The translations under genes were made by a program, and so were the position numbers. Below the pieces are notes generated by a model that did not search any database, was not told the origin of the DNA, and saw only the letters and a program-made list of their open reading frames with translations. 53,847 nt of DNA, taken from positions 1-53,847 of the forward strand of contig NZ_MWQY01000024.1 of assembly GCF_002087085.1 (NCBI RefSeq), given 5' to 3'. Below are positions 1-9,827 of the stretch, in pieces. Every line of letters begins with the position of its first letter. Within the stretch, counting starts at the first letter, position 1.

Positions 1-58
1 CAGAAAAGCCTATCGACCGCCGCCTGTTCATGCATATCTATGTGCGTTCGCCCTGCCC

Positions 59-87
59 TTGACCCTTTTTGCCCTGATCCGTATATT
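59..87 (+). promoter_or_regulatory. sigma70-type promoter of groES
   Basis: TTGACC (59-64), 17-bp spacer, TATATT (82-87). Confidence 0.65.
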
Positions 88-150
88 TCCATTGATTCTA
101 CTGCAATCGAAAAGGAAAAATCCTATTACAATTGGAATCAGGAGGAAGAT

Positions 151-414
151 ATGAAGGTTAATCCCATCGGTGATCGCGTATTGGTGAAACTTGAAGAGGT
201 GGAGGAAAAGACCGCGAGCGGTATCTTTATTCCCCAGACTGCTCAGGAGAAAACTCAGACCGGTATTGTTGAGGCCGTCGGGGATGACGAAAGCATCACC
301 GTAAAGCCGGGGCAGAAGGTAATGTACGACAAGTATGCCGGCACTACCATCAAGGTTGACGGAAAGGATATGCTCCTCGTCCGTATGTCCGACGTCATGG
401 CAATAATCGAATAA
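151..414 (+). CDS. groES: co-chaperonin GroES
   Basis: MKVNPIGDRVLVK...EEKTASGIFIP...VKPGQKVMYDKYAGT signature; GGAGG RBS before ATG at 151. Confidence 0.97.
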   Translation: MKVNPIGDRVLVKLEEVEEKTASGIFIPQTAQEKTQTGIVEAVGDDESITVKPGQKVMYDKYAGTTIKVDGKDMLLVRMSDVMAIIE

Positions 415-440
415 AACGACCAGTTCAGTCCTGTACAAGG

Positions 441-471
441 GCCTTCCGTCGCAATGACGGAAGGCTTTTTT
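441..471 (+). terminator. intrinsic terminator between convergent groES and dinG
   Basis: perfect 10-bp stem GCCTTCCGTC-GCAAT-GACGGAAGGC followed by a T-run. Confidence 0.85.
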
Positions 472-2913
472 TCAGCTCTCCCGGGAATACAGAAAGGATT
501 CGAGCTCCCGCAGAATAGTATCCCGGGTTCCGAAACATCGCCTGGTTGCAGGAAGGGAATCAAGAAAAACCCCGCCGTAGTTCTTCTTCAGAATCCTGGG
601 ATCACAGATTACCACCGCCCCCCGGTCGGAGGAGGAGCGGATCAGACGACCGAAGCCCTGCTTGAAACGCATAACCGCCATGGGAAGGGAAAGCTGAAAG
701 AATGAGTTGCCTCCCCGGGCTTCGACGGCTTCCATACGGGCCTGGAGTACCGGGTCGGAGGGAACGGTAAAGGGCAGCCGGAAAAGGATAAGCAGGGTAA
801 GGGTTTCTCCGGGGCTGTCCACCCCTTCCCAGAATGATTCGGTTGCCAGCAGAACGCTCCCCGTATCGCTGTTGAAACGCTCCAGCAGCCGGCTTCGATC
901 GTCATCCCCCTGACGAAGGACCGAAATACCCGCTTCCTCCAGAGGAGGAGCCAGGAAATCATGGACCTCCTTCAGCATGGCGTAGGAGGTAAAGAGCAGA
1001 AGCCCCCGCCCTTCACTCAGGAGCAGAAGATCCCTGGCCAGACGGGCGGAGAAATCGATGTAGTCCGGCTCCTTCGGGTCCGGGGCCTCCTGGGACACAC
1101 ACAGAAGAACATTGGATTTGTAGGGGAAGGGAGAGGGGAATCGTCCTGTATGATGGGGATACTCCGTAAGCCCCATCCGATCCTCCCAGTAGCTGAAATT
1201 CTCCTGGATGGTCAGGGTTGCGGAGGTCATGATCACCGTGTCGAAGGGATCATACACCGCTTCCCGCATAAGGGAGCTGACCTCCAGGGGGCTGACGGTA
1301 AAAAACAGATGAGTTTCCCGGCCGATTCGTTTGGCCTCGATCCAGAAAACCTGGTCGGGACGGTTTTCCCGCTCCCTGAAGGAATCGCAGACCATAAGAA
1401 ATCCGGAGAGACGTCGCTGGATAACCTTCAATTCGTGCAGGGCAGGTTCCTCTGCAGCGTCATCGGGCAGGGACTCGGCGATTCGGCCCAACAGGGTATA
1501 GAGTTCACCCAGGGGTTTGCGGATCTCGGCTATCTGGTTTGAAACCACAAGATCAATACCCTCTTCCGCCCCATGAACAGCAGCACCCCTCAGACGATAG
1601 CTCGACGCCCCGGACATAAGGGGAAGAATGGCAGCCTCCGCCGCTTCCAGGGCCTCCCGCAAATTGCCGATGGCCTGGGGGGCCCGGGAACTCAAGCGGG
1701 TGTCCGGAACCAGGGGTTCAATCTTGACCAGGGCCCCGAAGCTGCGATTCCTGCGTCGACGGAGAAGCCGGGAAAGCTGTTTGTAGATGGACAGGCGTCC
1801 GAGGCTCATGGAAAAATAGGAGGTGGCGTTGCGCTCCACATTATGGGCTTCGTCAAAGACGATTTTGTGAAAAGGCGGGAGCACCGCGGTACCTTCAAAA
1901 CCGAGCTCCTCCAGCCTCAGGGCAAGATCGGAAAAAAGCAGATGATGGTTTACCACCAGCACCTGGGCGGCAGCGGCCTTGCGGCGGGCCCGTATCACAA
2001 AACAGTTTTCCCGATGCCGGCAGCGAAGGCCCAGGCAGGAATCCGCCTCGGAGTTGATCCGGTTCCACAGTTCCCTGGGAGGCAGAATGGGCAGATCGCT
2101 CAGGGAACCCGTCTCAGTCACCCCGGCCCATTCTCTGATGGATTCCAGGTCGTGTCCCTCTTCCCGAAACAGGGAATCCTCCTCCAGGGCCTCGTTCAAC
2201 CTGTGCAGGCACAGATAGTTTCCCCGTCCTTTTACCAGGGCGCAGGAAACCCTGGACTTCATGATTTTCAGGACCGTGGGAATATCCTTGTCCAGAAGCT
2301 GGTTCTGAAGATTGATGGTACCCGTGGATATCACCACCCGCTGGCGGTTCTTTTCCGCCCAGGCGATGGCCGGAACCAGATAGGCGAAGGACTTTCCAAC
2401 CCCGGTCCCTGCTTCGATAAGACTGACATCGTTCTCGTTGAAACTGCGGCAGACCTCTTCGACCATGGCGATCTGGGAATCCCGTTTCTCGTACCGGATC
2501 TCCTCTGCCAGAGGTCCCTCGGGAAGAAGCAGCCCCGTCAGCATTGCCGAATCAAGAGCTGAAATCTCTGATTCCCTGACCGCCTCGGACACCACGTAGA
2601 TATCGCTGACCTGGTTGTCAATTATGTAAAAGCCGACCCCCCGATTGCCCAGGTAGGAGGCTATTCCCAGATCGGCACTGCTGGGTGTAAGGTTGCCGGA
2701 GGGATGATTGTGAATAACCACATCCGCCGTTTCCAGGTAGGGGCTCAGGGCGGGAACGGAAATCCTGTTTCCCCGGGCCCCGATCATTACGGAAGAAACG
2801 AGTCCTTCGTCGTTTATCGTCCCGATAAAAAAGACCTCATTACCCGAAGCCTCCGCGACAGCATCGGATATATTGTCCACTATATGGGGCAGAAAGTAGT
2901 CCTGGATTCTCAT
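472..2913 (-). CDS. dinG: DinG/YoaA-family Fe-S helicase with N-terminal JAB/MPN (RadC-like) domain
   Basis: EAGTGVGKS Walker A, DEAH box, Fe-S cysteines (NYLC...CLGLRC...C), FWEGVD, QGFGRLIRS; N-terminal HNHPSG...PSSAD motif. Confidence 0.9.
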   Translation of the reverse strand: MRIQDYFLPHIVDNISDAVAEASGNEVFFIGTINDEGLVSSVMIGARGNRISVPALSPYLETADVVIHNHPSGNLTPSSADLGIASYLGNRGVGFYIIDNQVSDIYVVSEAVRESEISALDSAMLTGLLLPEGPLAEEIRYEKRDSQIAMVEEVCRSFNENDVSLIEAGTGVGKSFAYLVPAIAWAEKNRQRVVISTGTINLQNQLLDKDIPTVLKIMKSRVSCALVKGRGNYLCLHRLNEALEEDSLFREEGHDLESIREWAGVTETGSLSDLPILPPRELWNRINSEADSCLGLRCRHRENCFVIRARRKAAAAQVLVVNHHLLFSDLALRLEELGFEGTAVLPPFHKIVFDEAHNVERNATSYFSMSLGRLSIYKQLSRLLRRRRNRSFGALVKIEPLVPDTRLSSRAPQAIGNLREALEAAEAAILPLMSGASSYRLRGAAVHGAEEGIDLVVSNQIAEIRKPLGELYTLLGRIAESLPDDAAEEPALHELKVIQRRLSGFLMVCDSFRERENRPDQVFWIEAKRIGRETHLFFTVSPLEVSSLMREAVYDPFDTVIMTSATLTIQENFSYWEDRMGLTEYPHHTGRFPSPFPYKSNVLLCVSQEAPDPKEPDYIDFSARLARDLLLLSEGRGLLLFTSYAMLKEVHDFLAPPLEEAGISVLRQGDDDRSRLLERFNSDTGSVLLATESFWEGVDSPGETLTLLILFRLPFTVPSDPVLQARMEAVEARGGNSFFQLSLPMAVMRFKQGFGRLIRSSSDRGAVVICDPRILKKNYGGVFLDSLPATRRCFGTRDTILRELESFLYSRES

Positions 2914-3716
2914 TCCGAGGCAAGCAGTTCCATCACGGTTTCGACAATACCCCTGAAATGCGTTTCGACCCTGGCGGCAGTATCGATTACCTCCTGGTGA
3001 TTCAGGGGCTGATCCAGAATTCCGGCGGCCATGTTGGTAATGCAGGAGAAACCTACTGTTCCCATACCCAGGTAATTCGCCATAATAACCTCGGGCACCG
3101 TTGACATTCCCACCATGTCGGCCCCGATTTTTTCCAGCATTCTGATTTCCGCCGGGGTCTCGTAACAGGGACCGCTCAAGCCCGCATACACCCCCTCCTT
3201 AAGGGGATATTCGAGCCTGGCACTGATACGCTTTCTCAAAGCCCGGGAATAGGCATCGCTCATATCCGGGAACCGGGGACCAAGATCCCCGTTGTTGGGT
3301 CCCACGAGGGGATTTGCGCCCATGAGATTAATATGGTCCCGGATCAGTACAATCTGTCCCGGCTCAAAATCGGGATTTATGCCCCCTGCTGCATTTGTGA
3401 CGATCAGTCGTTCCACTCCAAGGGCTTTCAGAAGCAGTACCGGTTTGACTACATCCTGTATGGCGTGTCCCTCGTAGTAGTGGAAACGTCCCGCCAGCAG
3501 GGCATAATCTCTGCTGATTTTCAGGAAACCCCGGTGGCCTTCAACGGTGGGTCTGGGCATACCCTGGATCTGTGAATAATCGATCGCCGTTCCGGACAGG
3601 GAATCCGCGATCTTCGACAGACCGGAACCGAGGATTACCCCTGTCCGGGGCCTGAACTCTGTACTCTTTTCCAGGGACTTCCGGAAGGCTTCTATCGTAG
3701 TGTAATAGTCCGCCAT
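2910..3716 (-). CDS. punA: purine nucleoside phosphorylase (trimeric type)
   Basis: ILGSGLS, GRFHYYEG, TNAAGG, GPCYETPAE, GMSTVPE motifs; ATG at 3716 with GAGG RBS; stop overlaps dinG start (ATGA). Confidence 0.95.
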   Translation of the reverse strand: MADYYTTIEAFRKSLEKSTEFRPRTGVILGSGLSKIADSLSGTAIDYSQIQGMPRPTVEGHRGFLKISRDYALLAGRFHYYEGHAIQDVVKPVLLLKALGVERLIVTNAAGGINPDFEPGQIVLIRDHINLMGANPLVGPNNGDLGPRFPDMSDAYSRALRKRISARLEYPLKEGVYAGLSGPCYETPAEIRMLEKIGADMVGMSTVPEVIMANYLGMGTVGFSCITNMAAGILDQPLNHQEVIDTAARVETHFRGIVETVMELLASE

Positions 3717-3815
3717 AATTTTACCTCCTGACCACATGAAGGGAATTATCCCCGCTGATAAGGAAAAGATCAAGCAAGCAGTGTCCTCCGCGGAGAACCG
3801 GGCAATACCTGCACA

Positions 3816-3844
3816 TTGACAGAAATTTTTCAACATGGTACTAG
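3816..3844 (+). promoter_or_regulatory. putative sigma70 promoter of lysC
   Basis: TTGACA, 17 bp, TACTAG with a preceding TG. Confidence 0.45.
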
Positions 3845-3893
3845 AGGAAAATCATTTTATTATAGCCTTGCCGCTTACCATAAGGAGCATGAC

Positions 3894-5237
3894 ATGGTGG
3901 TTATGAAATTTGGCGGTACCTCCGTCCAGAACGGTGAATTTATCGATCGGGCCCTGGATATCGCGGAGAAACAGCTCGACAGCGCACCCCTTCTTATCTC
4001 ATCGGCCATGGGCAAAACCACTGACGCCCTGGTTGCGATTACCGATCTTGCCGAACAGGGCATGTTCGGTGAGGCTGAAAAAGAGCTGAACACCCTGAAG
4101 GACAGACACCTGGCCGTAGTGGAAGGATTTCTGAGCGGTCAGGAGCTTGCTGACTGCCGACGGGCCATCGATGAGCTCTACCTTCAGCTGATCGCCCTGG
4201 TACGGGGATCGAGCCTCCTCCATGAATGCAGCCCCCGAAGCCGCGACGCGATTCTGGCGTTCGGGGAGCTTCTGGCCACAACCATCATCTATTACCGTGC
4301 TCTGGCCCGGGGAATGGACGCTCATTGGATTGATTCACGGGACTGCATTATTACTGATGACAACTTTACCAGCGCTGCTCCCGATTTTGATGCCACAAAC
4401 AAAGCGATAAAAAAACACGTAAAACCCCACCGGGGCCGCCTCATTATTGCCCAGGGATTTATCTCCCGCACCGCCGAAGGTACCACCACAACCCTGGGAC
4501 GGGGAGGCAGCGACTATACTGCCGCTATCTTCGGAGCCGCCCTCAAGGCTGAAGAGGTACAGATATGGACCGATGTTAACGGTATCCTGACCTCCGATCC
4601 CCGGCTGGTGCCCGGTGCGCGCACAATCGACAAGATAACCTACGACGAGGCCGCGGAGCTCGCGTTCTTCGGTGCCAAGGTCGTGCACCCCAGTACCATC
4701 CAGCCCGCGATCCGTCATGGTATTCCCGTGTGGGTCAAGAACAGCGGAGACCCGAATCATCCCGGGACCCTTATCTCCTCCGAGGTCTCAGGAAGCGGGC
4801 TGCGGGCGATCGCAGGCAAAAAAGGTGTTACCCTTATGAATATATCCTCCTCGAGAATGCTGAACGCCTACGGCTTTCTGAGCAGGATATTCACGATTTT
4901 CAACACCTATAAAACCTCCGTAGATCTCGTGGCCACTTCGGAGGTCAGCGTCTCCATGACCATCGACAACACCAGGTTCCTCAGGGAGATAACCGAAGAA
5001 CTCGAAAAACTGGGACAGGTAAAGATCGTACAGAAAGCGGGCATTATCTGCATGGTCGGTTTCAATCTGTGGAGGGACTCCGCATTCATCGCCCGGGCCT
5101 TTTCCGCCCTGGAAGGAATCCCCATAGAGATGGTATCCCTGGGGGCTTCGGATATAAACCTCTCCTGCGTTGTTCCGGACGAATACGCTGACCAGGCAAT
5201 CAGGACCTTACACCAGAAGCTTCTTGAGGAGAGTTAG
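3894..5237 (+). CDS. lysC: aspartate kinase (lysine-sensitive type, two ACT domains)
   Basis: VMKFGGTSV, TLGRGGSDYTA, WTDVNG, FGAKVVHP, TSEVSVS; AAGGAG RBS. Confidence 0.95.
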   Translation: MVVMKFGGTSVQNGEFIDRALDIAEKQLDSAPLLISSAMGKTTDALVAITDLAEQGMFGEAEKELNTLKDRHLAVVEGFLSGQELADCRRAIDELYLQLIALVRGSSLLHECSPRSRDAILAFGELLATTIIYYRALARGMDAHWIDSRDCIITDDNFTSAAPDFDATNKAIKKHVKPHRGRLIIAQGFISRTAEGTTTTLGRGGSDYTAAIFGAALKAEEVQIWTDVNGILTSDPRLVPGARTIDKITYDEAAELAFFGAKVVHPSTIQPAIRHGIPVWVKNSGDPNHPGTLISSEVSGSGLRAIAGKKGVTLMNISSSRMLNAYGFLSRIFTIFNTYKTSVDLVATSEVSVSMTIDNTRFLREITEELEKLGQVKIVQKAGIICMVGFNLWRDSAFIARAFSALEGIPIEMVSLGASDINLSCVVPDEYADQAIRTLHQKLLEES

Positions 5238-6094
5238 TGAACCTTCCGTTTTATAAATTGAGGGTTGGTAAAAACGATACGCTCCTTGTAAATCTTATGG
5301 GGGACGCTCTTCCTGATGAGGAGATTCTTCCCTTCATCGTGCGCAGTATGTGTCGGCGGCATCGAGGCATCGGTGCCAACGGGCTGGCAATCCTGCTGGA
5401 CCATCCAGAGGCCGGGGCAGACCTCCGCTGTTTCAATCCCCGGGGAGAAGAGCTGAAGAGCTTTTTCGATCCCCTCCTGGGTGCCGCCAGGTACCTGTTT
5501 GACTCCGGCTTCGCGGGAACCAGGGCCATTACCATCTCCACCCCCGGGGGAATCAAGAGCGTCGAAGCCATCGACAGCGCCAACTTCCGTATTTCCCTGG
5601 GAAAGCCTCTTGATATCGAAGGGAATCAACTGAAGGAGATGATAAGCAGGGACACGGGCAGGTACCTTTCCCTGGATGGTAAAACCTATCCCGTTACCCC
5701 GGTTGTCCTCGGTCAGCTATTCGGGGCCCTCTTTTTCAACACGCATCCCAGAAAAGGGAAGAAGAAGACCGGCAGGGCCCTGGCCAAGGCGGGGCTCTTT
5801 GCCAGGGAGTTTCATCCCCTGTTTATCCAGCTCTATTCGGACGATGACATATCCTTCTGGCCCTGGTGGAAAAAAGGCTACGGACTCCGGGAGACAAGTC
5901 TTGCCGCCGGGGCCGCGGCTGTAGCGGCGGCGGTCAGAGGGTTTACCAGCCGCTCGCTGATGACCCGCTGCGGAAAGGATGATTTCTACATTGAATGGAA
6001 GGACCCCGAGGGAGAACTCCTTTTAACCGGGGGTGCAGAATATGTCTTTACCGGGGATTACTACTTCGACGAGGAACCCTTTTACAGCGAATAG
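5237..6094 (+). CDS. diaminopimelate epimerase (DapF)-fold protein lacking the catalytic cysteines
   Basis: GKND, RRHRGIGANG, FNPRG, ET..AAGAAA and LTGGAEYVFTG align with DapF blocks; the CGNG and CGTG motifs are absent; GTG start overlaps the lysC stop. Confidence 0.75.
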   Translation: MNLPFYKLRVGKNDTLLVNLMGDALPDEEILPFIVRSMCRRHRGIGANGLAILLDHPEAGADLRCFNPRGEELKSFFDPLLGAARYLFDSGFAGTRAITISTPGGIKSVEAIDSANFRISLGKPLDIEGNQLKEMISRDTGRYLSLDGKTYPVTPVVLGQLFGALFFNTHPRKGKKKTGRALAKAGLFAREFHPLFIQLYSDDDISFWPWWKKGYGLRETSLAAGAAAVAAAVRGFTSRSLMTRCGKDDFYIEWKDPEGELLLTGGAEYVFTGDYYFDEEPFYSE

Positions 6095-6118
6095 GGGGCC
6101 CTCAGGAAGCCCCCCCCT
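6094..6118. terminator. GC-rich hairpin between convergent genes
   Basis: GGGGGC-CCTCAGGAA-GCCCCC. Confidence 0.4.
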
Positions 6119-6134
6119 GAATCACGACAAGCCT

Positions 6135-7496
6135 TTATATTTCGTTTATGTCATACTCGCTGATTTTTCGGTGCAGGGTCTTGCGGCCTATGCCCAGAAC
6201 CTCTGCGGTCCTGCTCTTGTTGCCGTTGCAGTAATTGAGGGTACTCTCGATAATAACCCTCTCGGCTTCCTCCATACTGACCCCGAGATCGATCTTGATG
6301 TAGGTTCCCTCTTCTCCGGTGACCACACTGGGAGGAAGGTCTTCGGTGGTGATAATATTTCCCTTGCAGAGCACCACCGCGCTCTCTATCGAGTTTCTGA
6401 GTTCCCGGATATTCCCGGGCCAGGAATAGTTATAGAGGGCAAGATTCGCTTTATGGTCAATTCCCTCGATACTCTTGCCGTTCTCCCCGGCGAACTCCTT
6501 GAGAAAGGCGGCAGCCAGCAGCGGGATATCCTCCTTTCGTTCCCTCAGGGGAGGAACATGGATATTCACCACATTGAGACGGTAGTAGAGGTCCTCGCGG
6601 AAATTCCCCTTTTCTATCTCCGCTTTCAGGTCCCGGTTGGTGGCCGATATTATACGCACGTCCACCTCCTGGGTCTCCTCTCCTCCTACGCGCTCGAAGC
6701 GCTTTTCCTGAAGAACCCGCAGGATCTTTATCTGCACCGACTGGGAGATCTCCCCGATTTCGTCCAGGAAAATCGTACCCGTGTGGGCCAGCTCAAAACG
6801 CCCCCGCTTGCGGGCCACCGCCCCGGTAAAGGCACCTTTTTCATGGCCGAAGAGTTCGCTCTCCAGAAGGCTCTCCGACAGGGCGGCACAGTGAACCTTT
6901 ATGTGGGCTTTGTCCTTGCGGGGAGAGAGCTTATGTATGGCATCGGCAATCAGTTCCTTGCCAACACCGCTTTCTCCGGTAATAAGCACCGATGCCTTGG
7001 TGGCGGCAACCTGTTCCACCACCTCCATGACCCGACGCATCTGGGAACTCTTTCCTATTATCCTGGCGTAGCGGTTTCGCTCCCCGATAAGATCGATCTC
7101 CTCCTGCAGCGCCCGGTGCTGGAGGACAAGTTCCCGGTTCTGAAGGGCCCGTTTTACCATAAGGGAGAGGCGGTCCAGGTTCAGGGGTTTGGTGATAAAA
7201 TCATATGCCCCGTCCCGCATGGCATTGACGGCGGATTCGATGGTACCGTGGCCGGTCAGAATGATGACCGGTACCGTGGGATAGGCGGAGGCGACCTTTT
7301 TTAACAGCTCCTCTCCGGACATCTCGGGCATCTTGAGGTCGGTAATGATAAGATCGATCTCTTCAGAGTTGATTACAGCCAGGGCTTCCTTGCCGTCTGC
7401 AGCCAGAAAGACGTTGTAGTCCTCCAGCTCCAGGGCCTTGCCGAGACCTTCGCGAATATTCTTTTCGTCATCTACAATCAGTACATTAAACTTCAT
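6135..7496 (-). CDS. sigma54-dependent response regulator (NtrC/AtoC family, Rrp2-like)
   Basis: REC domain (VDDE, DLKMP), GESGVGKE, ESELFGHEKGAFTGA, WPGNIREL, Fis-type HTH. Confidence 0.95.
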   Translation of the reverse strand: MKFNVLIVDDEKNIREGLGKALELEDYNVFLAADGKEALAVINSEEIDLIITDLKMPEMSGEELLKKVASAYPTVPVIILTGHGTIESAVNAMRDGAYDFITKPLNLDRLSLMVKRALQNRELVLQHRALQEEIDLIGERNRYARIIGKSSQMRRVMEVVEQVAATKASVLITGESGVGKELIADAIHKLSPRKDKAHIKVHCAALSESLLESELFGHEKGAFTGAVARKRGRFELAHTGTIFLDEIGEISQSVQIKILRVLQEKRFERVGGEETQEVDVRIISATNRDLKAEIEKGNFREDLYYRLNVVNIHVPPLRERKEDIPLLAAAFLKEFAGENGKSIEGIDHKANLALYNYSWPGNIRELRNSIESAVVLCKGNIITTEDLPPSVVTGEEGTYIKIDLGVSMEEAERVIIESTLNYCNGNKSRTAEVLGIGRKTLHRKISEYDINEI

Positions 7497-8658
7497 TGCT
7501 CTGCCATCCTAGTAAACGCTGCTCCTTCTGCGGAACAGGCAGGGTTATGGTAAAGGTGGTGCCTTCCCCTTCCCGGCTCTCCAGGTTTATCTCGCCCTGA
7601 TGCTCTTTGATTATCTTGTAGACCAGAGTCAGCCCCAGGCCGGAGCCAAAATCCTTGGTGGTAAAATAGGGTTCGAATATCTTGGTCATATTCTCTTCCG
7701 GGATACCGACTCCCGTATCCCGTATGGAGAGCTCCACCTGGTCGTCCCTGGCAATGGTTTCGACCCGCAGGGTTCCCCCCTCGGGCATGGCGGATATGGC
7801 GTTCTTGACGATATTCAGAAGCGCCTGCTTCATGTATTTTACATCCAGCTGCAGTTCGGGCATCCTGTCGTCCAGGTTGAACTCCAGTCGGATCTTCTGT
7901 TCTTCCAGCTCGTAGTGGATAAACTCAAAGAGTTCGTGAACAAGATCATTCAGGTTCTGGGCGACAAGATTGACGTCCATGGGACGGACTGCAAAAAGGA
8001 AATCGACGATTATACCGTTGAGGCGATCCACCTCTTCATTGACGATATCCAGGTAGTTCTGGATCGTCTCGGTATTCTTTCCGTTTGCTCCGTTGCCCAG
8101 GGCCTTCTGAATGAGCTGAATATGGATACTGATGGAGCCCAGAGGGTTCTTGATCTCATGGGCCACTCCGGCTGTCAGGGTTGTAAGGGCAGCGAGGTTT
8201 TCGGCCCGACGCAGGCGGGCCTCCTTGGCCTTCTTTTCCGTAATATCCTCGATATGGAGCAGTCCGCCCTGAATACGTCCTTCCCGCACCAGGGGCATCA
8301 TGGTACAGGAGAGCACCCGGGTCGAAGCGCTGGTCTGCAGGGAGATCTCCTTGTCCTCGATGTTCTCATGCTCCACCAGGGCTTTATGAAAGAACTCGCT
8401 CAGGCTGCTGTCCGCAAGGGCGTCCCACAGGGGCCGCTCAACAACGTCGCCGTTCTTGAAGGGAAAGAGCCTTTCCGCCGCCTTGTTCAGCAGTATTACC
8501 GAATGCTTCTCATCAAGGACCACAACTCCATCGGTCATGGAATAGAGGACCATCTCAAGAAGTTCATTCTCCTGGACAACATCCATAATGAGGGAGCGTA
8601 TCTGGTCTATATTGAGTTTTCCGATCTTTTTCAGGGCCCTGTTCAGAAACTTTCTCAC
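7486..8658 (-). CDS. cytoplasmic PAS-domain sensor histidine kinase (Hk2-like)
   Basis: PAS-like region, AHEIKNPL H-box, N/G1/F/G2 boxes (DTGVGI, FEPYFTTK, GSGLGL); no obvious TM segment. Confidence 0.93.
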   Translation of the reverse strand: MRKFLNRALKKIGKLNIDQIRSLIMDVVQENELLEMVLYSMTDGVVVLDEKHSVILLNKAAERLFPFKNGDVVERPLWDALADSSLSEFFHKALVEHENIEDKEISLQTSASTRVLSCTMMPLVREGRIQGGLLHIEDITEKKAKEARLRRAENLAALTTLTAGVAHEIKNPLGSISIHIQLIQKALGNGANGKNTETIQNYLDIVNEEVDRLNGIIVDFLFAVRPMDVNLVAQNLNDLVHELFEFIHYELEEQKIRLEFNLDDRMPELQLDVKYMKQALLNIVKNAISAMPEGGTLRVETIARDDQVELSIRDTGVGIPEENMTKIFEPYFTTKDFGSGLGLTLVYKIIKEHQGEINLESREGEGTTFTITLPVPQKEQRLLGWQSNEV

Positions 8659-9827
8659 CGGACCCCTCCGTACAGAAGTCCTTCAAGGAGCAGATCGGGA
8701 TTCTGGTTGTAGCCTTCGAACATCTTCCTGGCCCGGGTAAGCCGGTCAAGCAGGTTTTCCATCCGGGCAAGATCCACTCCGGGAAGTCCCTCACGAAGCC
8801 TGAGTCGAAGAAGCTCCTGGACCTCTTCCAGGAGAGGAAGAAAACGCTCTTTTTTCTGGAGCATGCTGAAAACTTCCGAGAGGTCTCCCTGAGAGTCGTT
8901 TCCCAGGGCCAGGTCGGCGACGGTTTCGGCATGCCTGCGAATCTCGCCGGCCCCCAGATCAAAACCGAGGAAATACTCCCTGAGGGAACGGAATTCCCCG
9001 GAGGGTTCCCGGAAAATTCTGTCCAGGACCTGACGCTCTCCCCGGCTGTCCCGTTCCTTGAAGGCATAGGGCCGCACCCGGGACAGGATTGTCGGGATGA
9101 GGGCGGCCCGTTTGGAAGTGGTCAGGATAAAGTGAACGCCCTCCGGCGGCTCCTCCAGGATTTTCAGAACCGCGTTGCGGGCCGAATCCATCATGGACTC
9201 GGCATTCTCCATAATAATGATTTTCGCTTTACCATGTCCCGTTGTCCGGGCCCAGTATGCAAGATTCCGCACCATAAAGATGGGAATATGGCTCAGATTC
9301 GAAGCCTTCAGTACGGATGCCGCCTCTTTGGCGATGGAAGAGATGATCTTTTCCGCCCTGGTTTCGGCAAGTTCTCCCGCCGCCGGGTCAAGCTCGTCCA
9401 GCAGTTCCTCGAGGGCATCAAGGGAGGAACGGGCTCCTTTGAGCCTGCTTTCTTCCCCTTCCCAGAGCCAGGGATCGAAACGCCGCGTCAGCTTGCGCGC
9501 CCCCCGGATAACCAGGTAACGGGCAAAATCCTTTCGGGAGCGGCGCAGGACCTCGAGACTGCCATCCAGTTCCTGCTGGAAATAACGGGGCCCGAGCATG
9601 CCCAGATCCGGATGGGTCAGGGTACGATGCTTGCGGCAGTCCGGACAGGAGCAGGACCACTCCCGTTCCCGGGAACAGCTTAATCCCCGGGCCAGTTCCA
9701 GAGCGGCGGAGAGTTTTCCGCAGAAGGAGGGGCCGAAAAAAAGCAGTGATGAAGGAAGACGCTGGTTCTCCAGATCTTCCATGAGGCGTGATATTACGTG
9801 TTCCTGATCAAGAATGTTTTCAAACAC
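8655..9827 (-). CDS. holB: DNA polymerase III delta-prime-like clamp-loader subunit
   Basis: LLFFGPSFCGK, Zn motif CSCPDC, THPD, NAVLKILEEP, PTILSR. Confidence 0.8.
   Translation of the reverse strand: MFENILDQEHVISRLMEDLENQRLPSSLLFFGPSFCGKLSAALELARGLSCSREREWSCSCPDCRKHRTLTHPDLGMLGPRYFQQELDGSLEVLRRSRKDFARYLVIRGARKLTRRFDPWLWEGEESRLKGARSSLDALEELLDELDPAAGELAETRAEKIISSIAKEAASVLKASNLSHIPIFMVRNLAYWARTTGHGKAKIIIMENAESMMDSARNAVLKILEEPPEGVHFILTTSKRAALIPTILSRVRPYAFKERDSRGERQVLDRIFREPSGEFRSLREYFLGFDLGAGEIRRHAETVADLALGNDSQGDLSEVFSMLQKKERFLPLLEEVQELLRLRLREGLPGVDLARMENLLDRLTRARKMFEGYNQNPDLLLEGLLYGGVR

Noticed and set aside
441..465. REP-like palindrome
   Set aside because: Only one copy was noticed in the window, and it is fully explained as a terminator.
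3717..3893. Lysine riboswitch upstream of lysC
   Set aside because: The divergent intergenic region is too short after the promoter and has no recognisable L-box structure.
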